64,000 bases of DNA from Candidatus Omnitrophota bacterium (GTDB taxonomy: Bacteria; Omnitrophota; Gorgyraeia; Zapsychrales; JANLHA01): assembly GCA_023247795.1 (NCBI GenBank), contig JAHFFT010000003.1, forward strand, positions 12,769 through 76,768. Reading direction: 5' to 3'. Both the position numbers and the translations under genes were made by a program. Position 1 is the first letter of the stretch. Each line of letters starts with the position of its first letter. Shown here piece by piece: positions 49,984 to 58,378 of this stretch. The notes under the pieces are model-generated. The model was given only the letters and a program-made list of their open reading frames with translations, did no database searches and had not been told where the DNA came from.

Positions 49984-51249
49984 ATGTTAGAAAAACTTGT
50001 CATTGAAGGTCAGCATCCTCTCAAAGGAACGGTTGAAATCAGCGGGTCAAAAAACGCGGTGTTGCCGATTCTGGCGGCCACCTTATTGACCGAGGGAACA
50101 TGCATCATCGAAAACGTTCCCCGTCTGCGCGATACCTTAACCATGATCGCTTTGCTGCGTTCACTGGGGAAGGACGTTGACTTCACGAAAAATACCGTTA
50201 CCGTCGGTGGGAACAAACCGTTAAAGCACATTGCCGAGTATAAATTGGTTTCGACGATGCGCGGTTCTTTTTGTGTCTTAGGGCCGCTTTTGGCAAAATT
50301 GAAAAAGGCCAAGGTCTCGCTGCCGGGCGGTTGCGTGATTGGCGTCCGTCCCGTCGACTTACATTTGAAGGGGCTCAAAACACTGGGCGTCAAATTCGAG
50401 ATTGATGGCGGGTATGTGATCGGTCATGCCCCGCGGATGAAGGGGAGTCAGATTTATTTAGGCGGGGTCTTTGGCTCATCGGTTTTAGCGACGGCCAATC
50501 TGATGATGGCCGCGACCTTGATCAAAGGAGAAACCGTGATTGATTCTGCCGCGTGCGAGCCAGAGATTTATGATCTTGGATGTTTTTTGAGTAAGATGGG
50601 GGCGCAAATAACTGGCTACGGGACGCCACGGATCGTTATCCAGGGGGTGAAGGAACTTAAGGGTGCTCATTATCGCATTGGTCCGGATCGGGTGGAAGCG
50701 GGGACGTATATTTTGCTGGCGGCCGCGACAAAAAGTTCGATCACTTTAAAAAATGCTGATTGTTCGCAGTTGGTCGCGTTGAAGGATAAATTGGAAGAGC
50801 ATGGTGTGGAACTTCAGTGTGACGCGCAAACCATTGTTGTCAAACCGAAATTTTTAAGACGTCCGACGAGCATCACCACCTATCCTTACCCAGGATTTCC
50901 TACTGATTTGCAAGCACAGTTTATGGCCCTGATGGCAAATACACCGGGAGTCAGTGTGATCACTGATAAAGTTTTTCCCGATCGGTTCATCCACATTGCC
51001 GAGTTGAACCGTATGGGCGCGCAAATCCGCCGAGAAGGAAGCATCGCGGTCGTCGAGGGGGTCCGGGTTTTGCATGGGGCTCCGGTCATGGCCTCGGATC
51101 TGCGGGCCTCAGCCGCTTTAGTGATTGCCGGACTGGCGGCAAAAGGTAAAACCGAGATCCATCGTGTCTATCATTTGGAGCGCGGCTATGAAGGGATTGA
51201 ACATAAATTGCAAAAGATCGGGGCCAAAATCAATCGGGTCAAGGAATGA
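49984..51249 (+). CDS. murA: UDP-N-acetylglucosamine 1-carboxyvinyltransferase
   Basis: 421 aa. ..GSKNAVLPILAA..L.. N-terminus. Catalytic Cys-region loop (..LPGGCVIGVRPVDLH..). EPSP-synthase-like fold. Confidence 0.92.
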   Translation: MLEKLVIEGQHPLKGTVEISGSKNAVLPILAATLLTEGTCIIENVPRLRDTLTMIALLRSLGKDVDFTKNTVTVGGNKPLKHIAEYKLVSTMRGSFCVLGPLLAKLKKAKVSLPGGCVIGVRPVDLHLKGLKTLGVKFEIDGGYVIGHAPRMKGSQIYLGGVFGSSVLATANLMMAATLIKGETVIDSAACEPEIYDLGCFLSKMGAQITGYGTPRIVIQGVKELKGAHYRIGPDRVEAGTYILLAAATKSSITLKNADCSQLVALKDKLEEHGVELQCDAQTIVVKPKFLRRPTSITTYPYPGFPTDLQAQFMALMANTPGVSVITDKVFPDRFIHIAELNRMGAQIRREGSIAVVEGVRVLHGAPVMASDLRASAALVIAGLAAKGKTEIHRVYHLERGYEGIEHKLQKIGAKINRVKE

Positions 51250-51255
51250 CCCCGG

Positions 51256-51276
51256 TTCTGACCTGCGAGGTCAGAA
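51256..51276 (+). other. perfect 8-bp stem / 5-nt loop hairpin (TTCTGACC-tgcga-GGTCAGAA) in the 44-nt murA-trpG spacer
   Basis: Read directly. There is no canonical U-tract after it (gttgggttcaataattt), so the terminator call is uncertain. Confidence 0.35.
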
Positions 51277-51293
51277 GTTGGGTTCAATAATTT

Positions 51294-51866
51294 ATGTTGT
51301 TGATCATCGATAACTATGATTCTTTCACCTATAACCTGGTTCAATATTTTGGTGAGCTCAAAGCAGACCTTAAGGTCTTTCGCAACGACGCGATCTCTTT
51401 GCGAAAAATCAAACAGCTCAAGCCAAAGCAGATTGTCATCTCTCCTGGACCTGGCCGACCGGAAGACGCCGGCATTTCCGTCGATCTGATCAAAACCTTT
51501 GCCGGAACAATCCCCATTTTAGGTGTTTGCCTTGGTCATCAAGCGTTGGGTTATGCTTATGGCGGAAAGATCGTCGCTGCCAAGCGCTTAATGCATGGGA
51601 AGACCTCGTCGATCCAGCATAATGGAAAAGAAATTTTTCAATCCATTGAAAATCCCTTTGATGCCACACGTTACCACTCCTTGGTGATCGAAAAGCGCAG
51701 TCTGCCAAAATGTCTGGAAGTCACGGCCGTCACCAAAGACGCGTACCGTGAAATCATGGCGGTTCGCCATAAGACCCTGCCGCTGTGGGGTGTCCAGTTT
51801 CATCCAGAATCGATCCTTACTCAGGTTGGAAAGAAAATTCTAAAAAATTTTTTACAGATTTCATGA
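51294..51866 (+). CDS. trpG: anthranilate synthase component II (class I glutamine amidotransferase). Could also serve as PabA
   Basis: 190 aa. ..[10 protein letters not shown].. (catalytic Cys) and ..QFHPES.. (His). Sits directly upstream of trpD-C-F. Confidence 0.85.
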   Translation: MLLIIDNYDSFTYNLVQYFGELKADLKVFRNDAISLRKIKQLKPKQIVISPGPGRPEDAGISVDLIKTFAGTIPILGVCLGHQALGYAYGGKIVAAKRLMHGKTSSIQHNGKEIFQSIENPFDATRYHSLVIEKRSLPKCLEVTAVTKDAYREIMAVRHKTLPLWGVQFHPESILTQVGKKILKNFLQIS

Positions 51867-52873
51867 GACAATTCATTGAAAAGGTCCGGAACAAAGAAAA
51901 TTTAACGCATGCCGAGATGGAAGCGGTTATGCGTCTGATCGTTGATGGTAAGGCCGCGAATCAAGAAATCGCGGATTTTTTATTGGCCCTCAACGCTAAA
52001 GGCCCGACGGTGGAAGAGATCACCGGTGCCGCGAAGTCTTTGCGTTCCTTTGCCATCCCGGTGCCGACGAAGCATAGAGTTGTTCTTGATACCTGTGGGA
52101 CCGGAGGGGATCGCAAAGACACTTTCAATATTTCTACTGTCGCGGCATTGGTTGTTGCCGGGGCCGGTGTTGTTGTCGCCAAACACGGGAATCGTTCCAT
52201 CACCAGCCGTTGCGGGAGTGCCTGCATTTTGGAAGCTTTGGGAGTGAATCTCAACGTCGAAGAAAAGCGTTTGGGAACATGCCTGGATGAGATTGGGATT
52301 GCTTTCCTTTTCGCTCAGCGACTGCATCCGGCGATGAAACGGGTGGCTGTGGTGCGTAAAGAATTGGGTGTGCAGACCCTTTTCAATTTGTTGGGTCCGC
52401 TGCTCAACCCCGCCCGAGCGACCCATCAGATGATGGGGGTGAACCATCGGGATTTGGTCGAGCCCATGGCGCAGGTGTTAAAGAATTTAGGGTTGAAGCG
52501 GGGCTTGGTTGTGCATGGCAGCGATGGGCTTGATGAAATCACCACCACCGCAAAAAGTTTTGTCAGTGAATTTGCGGATGGACAGGTGCGGTCTTACACG
52601 ATTGAGCCACGGGAAGTGGGTATTCCTTTAGCTAAGGAAAATGATTTGAAGGGCGGCGGTTTGCCGGAAAATAGGAAGATTTTCAAAGCGATTTTGCAAG
52701 GTCAGCCTGGTCCCAAACGCGATATCGTGGTTCTCAATTCCGCCTATGCGTTTTATACCGCCGAGCGGGTCAAAGATATTAAAGAGGGGATCGCCTTAGC
52801 TGAGCAATCCATTGATTCTGGTAACGCTCAAAAGAAACTGGACGCTTTGATTTCTTATACTCAACAGAGTTAA
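51863..52873 (+). CDS. trpD: anthranilate phosphoribosyltransferase
   Basis: The ATG at 51863 (MRQFIEKV..) overlaps the trpG stop (ATGA). ..[17 protein letters not shown].. and ..VAKHGNRS.. motifs. About 336 aa. The track ORF starts upstream at 51785. Confidence 0.9.
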   Translation: MRQFIEKVRNKENLTHAEMEAVMRLIVDGKAANQEIADFLLALNAKGPTVEEITGAAKSLRSFAIPVPTKHRVVLDTCGTGGDRKDTFNISTVAALVVAGAGVVVAKHGNRSITSRCGSACILEALGVNLNVEEKRLGTCLDEIGIAFLFAQRLHPAMKRVAVVRKELGVQTLFNLLGPLLNPARATHQMMGVNHRDLVEPMAQVLKNLGLKRGLVVHGSDGLDEITTTAKSFVSEFADGQVRSYTIEPREVGIPLAKENDLKGGGLPENRKIFKAILQGQPGPKRDIVVLNSAYAFYTAERVKDIKEGIALAEQSIDSGNAQKKLDALISYTQQS

Positions 52874-52896
52874 GACGGTTTGCAGAGGGCTAATTT

Positions 52897-53700
52897 ATGT
52901 CGTCGGATTTTTTAAAAGAAGTCGTTCAGTATAAAAAAAAGCTTAACAAAAAGAAAGAGGCCTTTTACGAAGGCTTAAAGAGAAACACGACGAAGACCAA
53001 GCTCACCCGTTATCGTCTTTTTAGAGAAGCGATCTCCAAACCCCGTCGGATCAATCTCATTGCGGAAATCAAAAAAGCCTCACCATCACAGGGGCTGATC
53101 TGTAAAAAATTTGACGCGCTTAAAATTGCCGACACTTACGTTGAGAATAAGTGCGACGCCATTTCAGTCTTGACCGAGGACAAGTTTTTCTTGGGGAGTT
53201 TTCGCTATTTGAGGCAGGTCACGGACCAATTTGCCGTTCCGGTTTTAACCAAAGATTTTATTATCGAGGAAGGGCAGGTTTATGAGGCCTTTTGTTTCGG
53301 CGCAAGTGCCATTTTGTTGATTGTGGCGATCTTGAGCGATGAGCAACTCACAACGCTCATGCAAATCGCCGCTCGACTTGATCTTGATTGTCTGGTTGAA
53401 GTCCACGATGAAAAGGAATTGGACCGGGCCTTGCATGCCAAGGCTGATATCATCGGGATCAACCACCGCAATTTGCGCACGTTGGATGTGGATTTGAATG
53501 TCAGCGAAAAGCTCATTCCGCGGATACCGTCGGGAAAGATCATTGTCGCGGAAAGCGGGATCAAGAGCCATCAAGATGTCCTCCGATTAAAGGAGCTGGG
53601 CGCCCATGCTGTTTTGATTGGGGAAAGTTTTTTACGAGCAGATGATGTGGGTGCCCGGTTAAGAGAAATTATGTATGGCGACACGGATAAGCGGCCATGA
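52897..53700 (+). CDS. trpC: indole-3-glycerol phosphate synthase
   Basis: 267 aa. ..IAEIKKASPS.G.I.., ..ISVLTE..FF.GS.., ..GINHRNL.T.. motifs. Confidence 0.9.
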   Translation: MSSDFLKEVVQYKKKLNKKKEAFYEGLKRNTTKTKLTRYRLFREAISKPRRINLIAEIKKASPSQGLICKKFDALKIADTYVENKCDAISVLTEDKFFLGSFRYLRQVTDQFAVPVLTKDFIIEEGQVYEAFCFGASAILLIVAILSDEQLTTLMQIAARLDLDCLVEVHDEKELDRALHAKADIIGINHRNLRTLDVDLNVSEKLIPRIPSGKIIVAESGIKSHQDVLRLKELGAHAVLIGESFLRADDVGARLREIMYGDTDKRP

Positions 53701-54308
53701 CCAGAGTCAAGATTTGCGGGATCACCAATATTGAGGATGCCTTGCTGGCAAGCGATCTGGGGGCCTGGGCGCTGGGATTCATTTTTTACAAAAAAAGTCC
53801 GCGCTACGTTGGGTCCAAAAAAGTCAAAGCGATCATTAAGCAATTGCCGCCTTTTGTTACTCCGGTCGGGGTTTTTGTCAACGAAAAAGCAGATGTTGTT
53901 AACAAAACAGCGGATTTTTGCGGACTGAAGGTGTTGCAGTTTCATGGGGAAGAGAGTCCGGCGTATTGTCGTTCATTCAAAGCCTATCGAGTGATCAAGG
54001 CCTTTCGGGTTAAGGGTACGTTTGATTTGAAGGTCCTGAAGCCCTATCAGGTTTCTGCGTATCTGTTTGACACCTATCAGCATGATCAATATGGTGGAAC
54101 TGGCCAGTCTTTTGATTGGCAGTTGATAAAATCGGTCAAGAAGACCGGCATTCCAATGATTCTTTCTGGCGGCCTTCATATTGGCAATTTGGGGGAGGCA
54201 ATTAAAGCAGCTCAACCCTATGCGGTTGATATCTCAAGCGGGGTAGAGTCCTCTCCAGGCAAAAAAAGCGAATCAAAATTGAGGCAGTTATTTAAGAATG
54301 TTCTTTAA
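53697..54308 (+). CDS. trpF: phosphoribosylanthranilate isomerase
   Basis: 203 aa. MTRVKICGIT N-terminus and ..LSGGL...N..EA.. C-terminal motif. ATGA overlap with trpC. Confidence 0.88.
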   Translation: MTRVKICGITNIEDALLASDLGAWALGFIFYKKSPRYVGSKKVKAIIKQLPPFVTPVGVFVNEKADVVNKTADFCGLKVLQFHGEESPAYCRSFKAYRVIKAFRVKGTFDLKVLKPYQVSAYLFDTYQHDQYGGTGQSFDWQLIKSVKKTGIPMILSGGLHIGNLGEAIKAAQPYAVDISSGVESSPGKKSESKLRQLFKNVL

Positions 54309-54323
54309 GAAAAGCATTGCGCC

Positions 54324-55673
54324 ATGAGAGAATCCGAAACAATCGAATTCAAGAAATCCACCACCGAGGTTAAGGCGGGGGTTACTTCTATTGTGGCAAT
54401 GCTCAATAAGCATGGCCGGGGAGAGGTGTATTTTGGTATCAATGATGACGGTAAGGTTTTAGGGCAGACCCTCGGGCGGACAACGATCAAGGATATAACG
54501 CAGGCGGTGGTGGATAATACGGAGCCGAAGGTTTATCCAAAGGTGGAGGCGCGGCAGATTGAGGGTAGAGAATGTATTGTTGTGGAGGCCCATGGGAGCG
54601 ATAGTCCATATTTTGCTTATGGCCGGACATACATCCGCGTTGGGGATTCGGACAAAGCCATGAGTCCGCAGGAAATTGAAACACGCATACTCAACAGGAA
54701 GAAACTGCTTTGGGAAAAAGAAATATCTGAAAAGACCTTTGCCGATGTCAATGAGGATACGGTCAAGGAATTTATGCGTAAAGCTAAGGCGGCCAAGCGC
54801 ATTGATTTTGATTTCGTCGATGTTAAAACCACGTTAAAAAAGCTTCATCTACTGCATAAGAATCAATTGACCAATGCGGCTGAGGTTTTTTTTTGTGATG
54901 AAAATTCAATGGAAGTCCAAGCGGCAATTTTTGCTGGGACGGACAAGCTGACTTTTTTGGATATTAAGTCTTTTAAGGGAAATCTTTTTAGCTTACGTCA
55001 GCAGGCGGAGATTTATGTTGAAAGTAATATGAAATGGCGTGCGGATTTAAGTGAAAGCCGTCGCAAAGAAATTCCAGAAATTCCCGTGCGGGCTCTTGCG
55101 GAGGCAATCGGGAATTCGTTGTGCCACAGGGATTTTACTAATCCTAAGGGTAATGAAGTGGCCATTTATAAAGATCGGATTGATATTTATAACCCGGGCT
55201 TATTCCCGGAAGGGATCAATCCAGAGGATTTTTTTAGCGGTGAAGAACAATCAATTTTACGAAATCCTTTGATCGCGGAAACGATGTTTAAGTCTAAAGA
55301 TATTGAAAAATGGGGAAGCGGCATTAAGCGCATTCATGATGAATGTGTGGCCGCTGGCGTTAGGGTTGTCTTTAATAGGCGCAAAACGGGTTTTGTGGTT
55401 TCTTTTTATCGGCCTAAGTGGGAAGATGGGGAAGGTTTAGGTGAGGATGGCCCAAAAACTATCAAGAAAACTATCGAGAAAACTATCAAGAAAAATAGTC
55501 AGAAAATTTTAGATTTGGTACGTCAAAATCCAAAGATTACGGCGGAAGAATTGGCTAAAGCAACAGGGTTAAGCAGTGTCGGCGTTAGGTACAATTTAAA
55601 TAAGTTGAAAAAAGAAAATGTGCTAAAAAGGGTCGGCCCCGACAAAGGTGGTCATTGGGAGGTTGTTGGGTAG
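54324..55673 (+). CDS. AlbA_2 (Schlafen-like divergent AAA) + HATPase_c_4 + C-terminal winged-HTH protein (the family often annotated as 'RecG C-terminal domain-like transcriptional regulator'). Inserted between trpF and trpB
   Basis: 449 aa. N-terminal ESETIEFKKS...GGEVYFGINDDGKVLG (AlbA_2 signature). Central ..ALAEAIGNSLCHRDFTNPKGNEVAIYKDRIDIYNPGLFPEGI.. (HATPase_c_4 signature). C-terminal ..ILDLVRQNPKITAEELAKATGLSSVGVRYNLNKLKKENVLKRVG.. (wHTH). Contains an in-frame 3 x 12-nt tandem repeat at 55455..55490. Confidence 0.75.
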   Translation: MRESETIEFKKSTTEVKAGVTSIVAMLNKHGRGEVYFGINDDGKVLGQTLGRTTIKDITQAVVDNTEPKVYPKVEARQIEGRECIVVEAHGSDSPYFAYGRTYIRVGDSDKAMSPQEIETRILNRKKLLWEKEISEKTFADVNEDTVKEFMRKAKAAKRIDFDFVDVKTTLKKLHLLHKNQLTNAAEVFFCDENSMEVQAAIFAGTDKLTFLDIKSFKGNLFSLRQQAEIYVESNMKWRADLSESRRKEIPEIPVRALAEAIGNSLCHRDFTNPKGNEVAIYKDRIDIYNPGLFPEGINPEDFFSGEEQSILRNPLIAETMFKSKDIEKWGSGIKRIHDECVAAGVRVVFNRRKTGFVVSFYRPKWEDGEGLGEDGPKTIKKTIEKTIKKNSQKILDLVRQNPKITAEELAKATGLSSVGVRYNLNKLKKENVLKRVGPDKGGHWEVVG

Positions 55674-55869
55674 TTGCGAGAGATTATTTATAGATGATAC
55701 TATGGTCGCGGGGTTTAAAATTTTTTAACATATTTTTCAACCTTATTTTGAGCAAATGATATTTTAAAATATTTGTAAAATATTGTAATTAAACAACTTA
55801 CATTTTTAGTAAAAATTTAAAATACTGCTTTTACGGGTTGTCATCTCAAAAACAATGTGCTATGCTTAA

Positions 55870-56066
55870 AGAGCCGATAAAGGCAAACCCGGGGAAACCC
55901 GGGGACGCAAAACTACAGACCTACGTTATCTGAAAACCGGAAAGGCCCTTTAAGGCAACTGTGGCGCCTTTGGGCATAGTAGACTTGAACGGTGTAAGTA
56001 GGATGATATGGTGGCTGTGTTGCCGAAGTGCTGGGGAACTGATATGACCCCCACTTTATCGGCCTT
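55870..56066 (+). promoter_or_regulatory. candidate c-di-GMP-I (GEMM) riboswitch upstream of the secreted-protein gene. The 5' half at 55882..55913 matches the aptamer core GGCAAACC-[4-bp stem + GAAA tetraloop]-GGGACGCAAA(A)C. The element is bracketed by a 10-bp inverted repeat (GCCGATAAAG / CTTTATCGGC) and followed by a U-rich tract
   Basis: aGGCAAACC-CGGG-GAAA-CCCG-GGGACGCAAAAC compares with the V. cholerae Vc2 sequence GGCAAACC-AUUC-GAAA-GAGU-GGGACGCAAAGC as recalled from memory. A downstream GUUGCCGAA (56018..56026) resembles the conserved 3' GGUUACCGA region. The second hairpin could not be assigned by eye. Confidence 0.4.
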
Positions 56067-56084
56067 CTTAATTTTTTCCCCAAT

Positions 56085-56837
56085 TTGAAAATGAACAAAT
56101 TAGCGACCTGTTTTTATCTTATTCTGCTGGCATTCTGTTTTTTTGCCTCACCGGTATTTTCACAAGAACAAAATCTTGAACAAAACAATCAGGCCAATCT
56201 TGATGAGCCAACGGCCCAACCCATTGAATTTAACAGTGCAAAATTTGGGGTCACACTGACTTTTCCGACTGGGTGGGTGGTTGAGCCGCAGGAAGATAAA
56301 AGAGCAGCAAAGGCCGAAGAAGTTCAGGGTGTCTATTCTCGAGAGAACTTAACCGATCGGACCAAAGGTCTGTTGGGCCAGCCACTTTTTCCTGGCGGCG
56401 AGGAAGAGCAAGCCATCGATCAATTGGTGGGCGATTTAACCAATGCCTCGGTATCAGCGGTACCGATCGTCTCTGCTTATCACAACGATCCGCAGCAGAT
56501 TGAAATCGCAGAGCGTCCGCATATCTATCTTCGGGTGAAACCCATTAGCAGCAACGATCCCTTTGCTGAAGAAAGGAGTGCCTGGCAGCTCAGCGTCAAA
56601 TTTGCTAAAGGAACATTTGTGGTTCCCCCAAATGAGTTTAACCATAAGGGTATCGACGCTATCGGGACCATTTACAATTATCAATCCCTGTCCTCCGGTG
56701 TCGAGATCACCCAAGAAGATTACGCGTTTCGCCATGGACAGGAATTGCTGACCCTTTCTTTAATTGCCCCATCATCAGAAGTCGAAAGTCTTCGAATGGA
56801 TTTTGACTCTGTTCTCGACAGCCTTGTTTTAAGATAA
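56085..56837 (+). CDS. hypothetical secreted protein (signal peptide)
   Basis: 250 aa. N-terminal MKMNKLATCFYLILLAFCFFASPVFSQ signal peptide. No recognisable domain. Sits downstream of the riboswitch-like element. Confidence 0.55.
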   Translation: MKMNKLATCFYLILLAFCFFASPVFSQEQNLEQNNQANLDEPTAQPIEFNSAKFGVTLTFPTGWVVEPQEDKRAAKAEEVQGVYSRENLTDRTKGLLGQPLFPGGEEEQAIDQLVGDLTNASVSAVPIVSAYHNDPQQIEIAERPHIYLRVKPISSNDPFAEERSAWQLSVKFAKGTFVVPPNEFNHKGIDAIGTIYNYQSLSSGVEITQEDYAFRHGQELLTLSLIAPSSEVESLRMDFDSVLDSLVLR

Positions 56838-56906
56838 TTCTTAAGAAGGCAATAATCCGCCATCCTTTCTTGAGATAACTTTTGAAAATCCTTTCCAAAG
56901 ATTCAA

Positions 56907-56918
56907 TTGTGGTATAAT
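56907..56918 (+). promoter_or_regulatory. extended -10 promoter element (TGgTATAAT) 9 nt upstream of the ATG at 56928, implying a near-leaderless transcript for the Zn-ribbon/M20/DUF3108/trpBA unit
   Basis: caattgTGgTATAATatcggtttcATG. A weak -35-like TTTCCA lies 15 nt upstream. Confidence 0.4.
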
Positions 56919-56927
56919 ATCGGTTTC

Positions 56928-57230
56928 ATGGTCAACAAATTCATTCGTGTTTATCAGGAAATTGATATTCAGGATGTCAAGACGCACAGCCTCATTTTTG
57001 GCGATCTCTCCGGAAATTGTTCCCAATGCAAGGCCATCAGCATCAAGCTTTCCGCTAGCCAGTGTCCCGAATGTCAAACGACTTTTAAGTACATTGCTTT
57101 TCGAAACATGAAGAGCCACCAGGCCAAGGTCCATAAAATCAAAGCGGAACGTCCCAGCCTGATTTTGATTGATTATGACGATTATAAGATTGCGACCAGC
57201 ATTTCGAAGGCCGAGGAGTTGTTTGGATGA
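56928..57230 (+). CDS. hypothetical small zinc-ribbon protein (two CxxC pairs)
   Basis: About 100 aa from ATG 56928 (MVNKFIRVYQEIDIQ...). CSQC...(12 aa)...CPEC. The stop overlaps the start of the M20 peptidase gene (ATGA). The track ORF starts at an upstream TTG inside the promoter. Confidence 0.5.
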   Translation: MVNKFIRVYQEIDIQDVKTHSLIFGDLSGNCSQCKAISIKLSASQCPECQTTFKYIAFRNMKSHQAKVHKIKAERPSLILIDYDDYKIATSISKAEELFG

Positions 57231-58378
57231 AAAAAGAAGATAAAAGGGTCATTCAGCTCTTACAAAAAATCGTTCGCTATAATTCGGAAAATCCCCCAGG
57301 GAATGAATGGGAGCTGGCAAAATTCATTGAGCATGACCTGCGTTCGTTAGGGCTGGAAGTTAAGATTTATACCTATGCCAAGGCCAGGCCGAACATCGTT
57401 GCCACTTTGAAAGGAATTTTACCCAGGCAGCAAGCCAAGAGCGGGGCACTGCTGTTAACCCCGCATTTTGATACCGTGCCGATTGGAAAGGGGTGGAAGC
57501 AGGACCCGCTCGGCGGAAAAATCATTGGCAATAAAATTTATGGACGGGGAACGTCCGATGATAAGGTCAACGTCGCGGTGGCAATGGAAGTGATGCGGCG
57601 GCTCGTTGAGAAACGGGTCCGGCTGAAAAAGGACGTTATCATGGCCGCGACCGTTGATGAAGAGACCGGCAGTCAATACGGCATCATTCCACTTCTTGAG
57701 AAAGGGATCTTAAAACCCAAGGCCGCGTTGATTTTGGATGCCAATGAATTTGACGCGACCGTCGCGCAAAAAGGGCTTTTTCATACGCGGATCCAAATTT
57801 TTGGCAAACAGGCGCATGGGGCTTATAACTGGCGGGGTGTCAACGCGATTGAGATTGCGGCACGCGTGATTGAGAAGATCAAAAAACATCAATTTACTTT
57901 TAAGCGTCATCCCTTGTTGCGTCCTCCGACGATGAATATCGGGACCATCCACGGCGGGGACAAAGTCAATATGGTGGCGGGTTTTTGTGAATTCTCGCTG
58001 GATAACCGTTTTATGCCGGGCATGACCGGCGCCGAGGTTTTGAAAGTCATTAAAAAAATTATTCGCAGTGAAACCAAAAGATTTCAAGTGATCATCAGCG
58101 ATAGCCAGAAACCTTATGAGATTTCCGCGGAACATCCCTTTGTTAAGACGTATTTAGCGACCGCAAAAAGGATGAAAATCAAGTCAACCCTTTGCGGCAG
58201 CGAAGGGGCAACGGTCATGACATTCTTTCAGGAATTTAAGATCCCGGCATTTGCAACCGGTTTTGGCGCGCATGGAACGGCCCATACCGTCGATGAATAC
58301 GCTAAGGTCGATCTTTTGGTCAAGGGCGCTCAGTTTTTGGAAAGGGTTGTAAGGGATTTTGATGAGGTTGGCTCATGA
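57227..58378 (+). CDS. M20-family metallopeptidase (ArgE/DapE/acetylornithine deacetylase - succinyl-diaminopimelate desuccinylase-like)
   Basis: 383 aa. ..LLTPHFDTVP.G..W..DP.., ..YGRGTSDDK.. (metal-binding Asp), dimerisation-domain insert, C-terminal ..HT.DEY.. Confidence 0.75.
   Translation: MKKEDKRVIQLLQKIVRYNSENPPGNEWELAKFIEHDLRSLGLEVKIYTYAKARPNIVATLKGILPRQQAKSGALLLTPHFDTVPIGKGWKQDPLGGKIIGNKIYGRGTSDDKVNVAVAMEVMRRLVEKRVRLKKDVIMAATVDEETGSQYGIIPLLEKGILKPKAALILDANEFDATVAQKGLFHTRIQIFGKQAHGAYNWRGVNAIEIAARVIEKIKKHQFTFKRHPLLRPPTMNIGTIHGGDKVNMVAGFCEFSLDNRFMPGMTGAEVLKVIKKIIRSETKRFQVIISDSQKPYEISAEHPFVKTYLATAKRMKIKSTLCGSEGATVMTFFQEFKIPAFATGFGAHGTAHTVDEYAKVDLLVKGAQFLERVVRDFDEVGS

Noticed and set aside
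51250-51293. Possible trp leader peptide/attenuator upstream of trpG
   Set aside because: Only 44 nt separate murA and trpG. There is no small ORF with Trp codons and no alternative hairpin pair. The single 8-bp hairpin lacks a clear U-tract, so attenuation of the E. coli or B. subtilis type is not supported.
55870-56066. Considered tmRNA, RNase P RNA, SRP RNA or 6S RNA for the structured non-coding segment
   Set aside because: No GGGG...UCGACG 5' end, no CCACCA 3' end and no ..ALAA tag frame (tmRNA). No GGAAAGUCCGGGCUCC / P4 blocks (RNase P). No GGUGCUGUUUACCAGGUCAGG domain IV motif (SRP). Too little evidence for 6S. The GGCAAACC / GAAA-hairpin / GGGACGCAAA arrangement is instead specific to the c-di-GMP-I aptamer.
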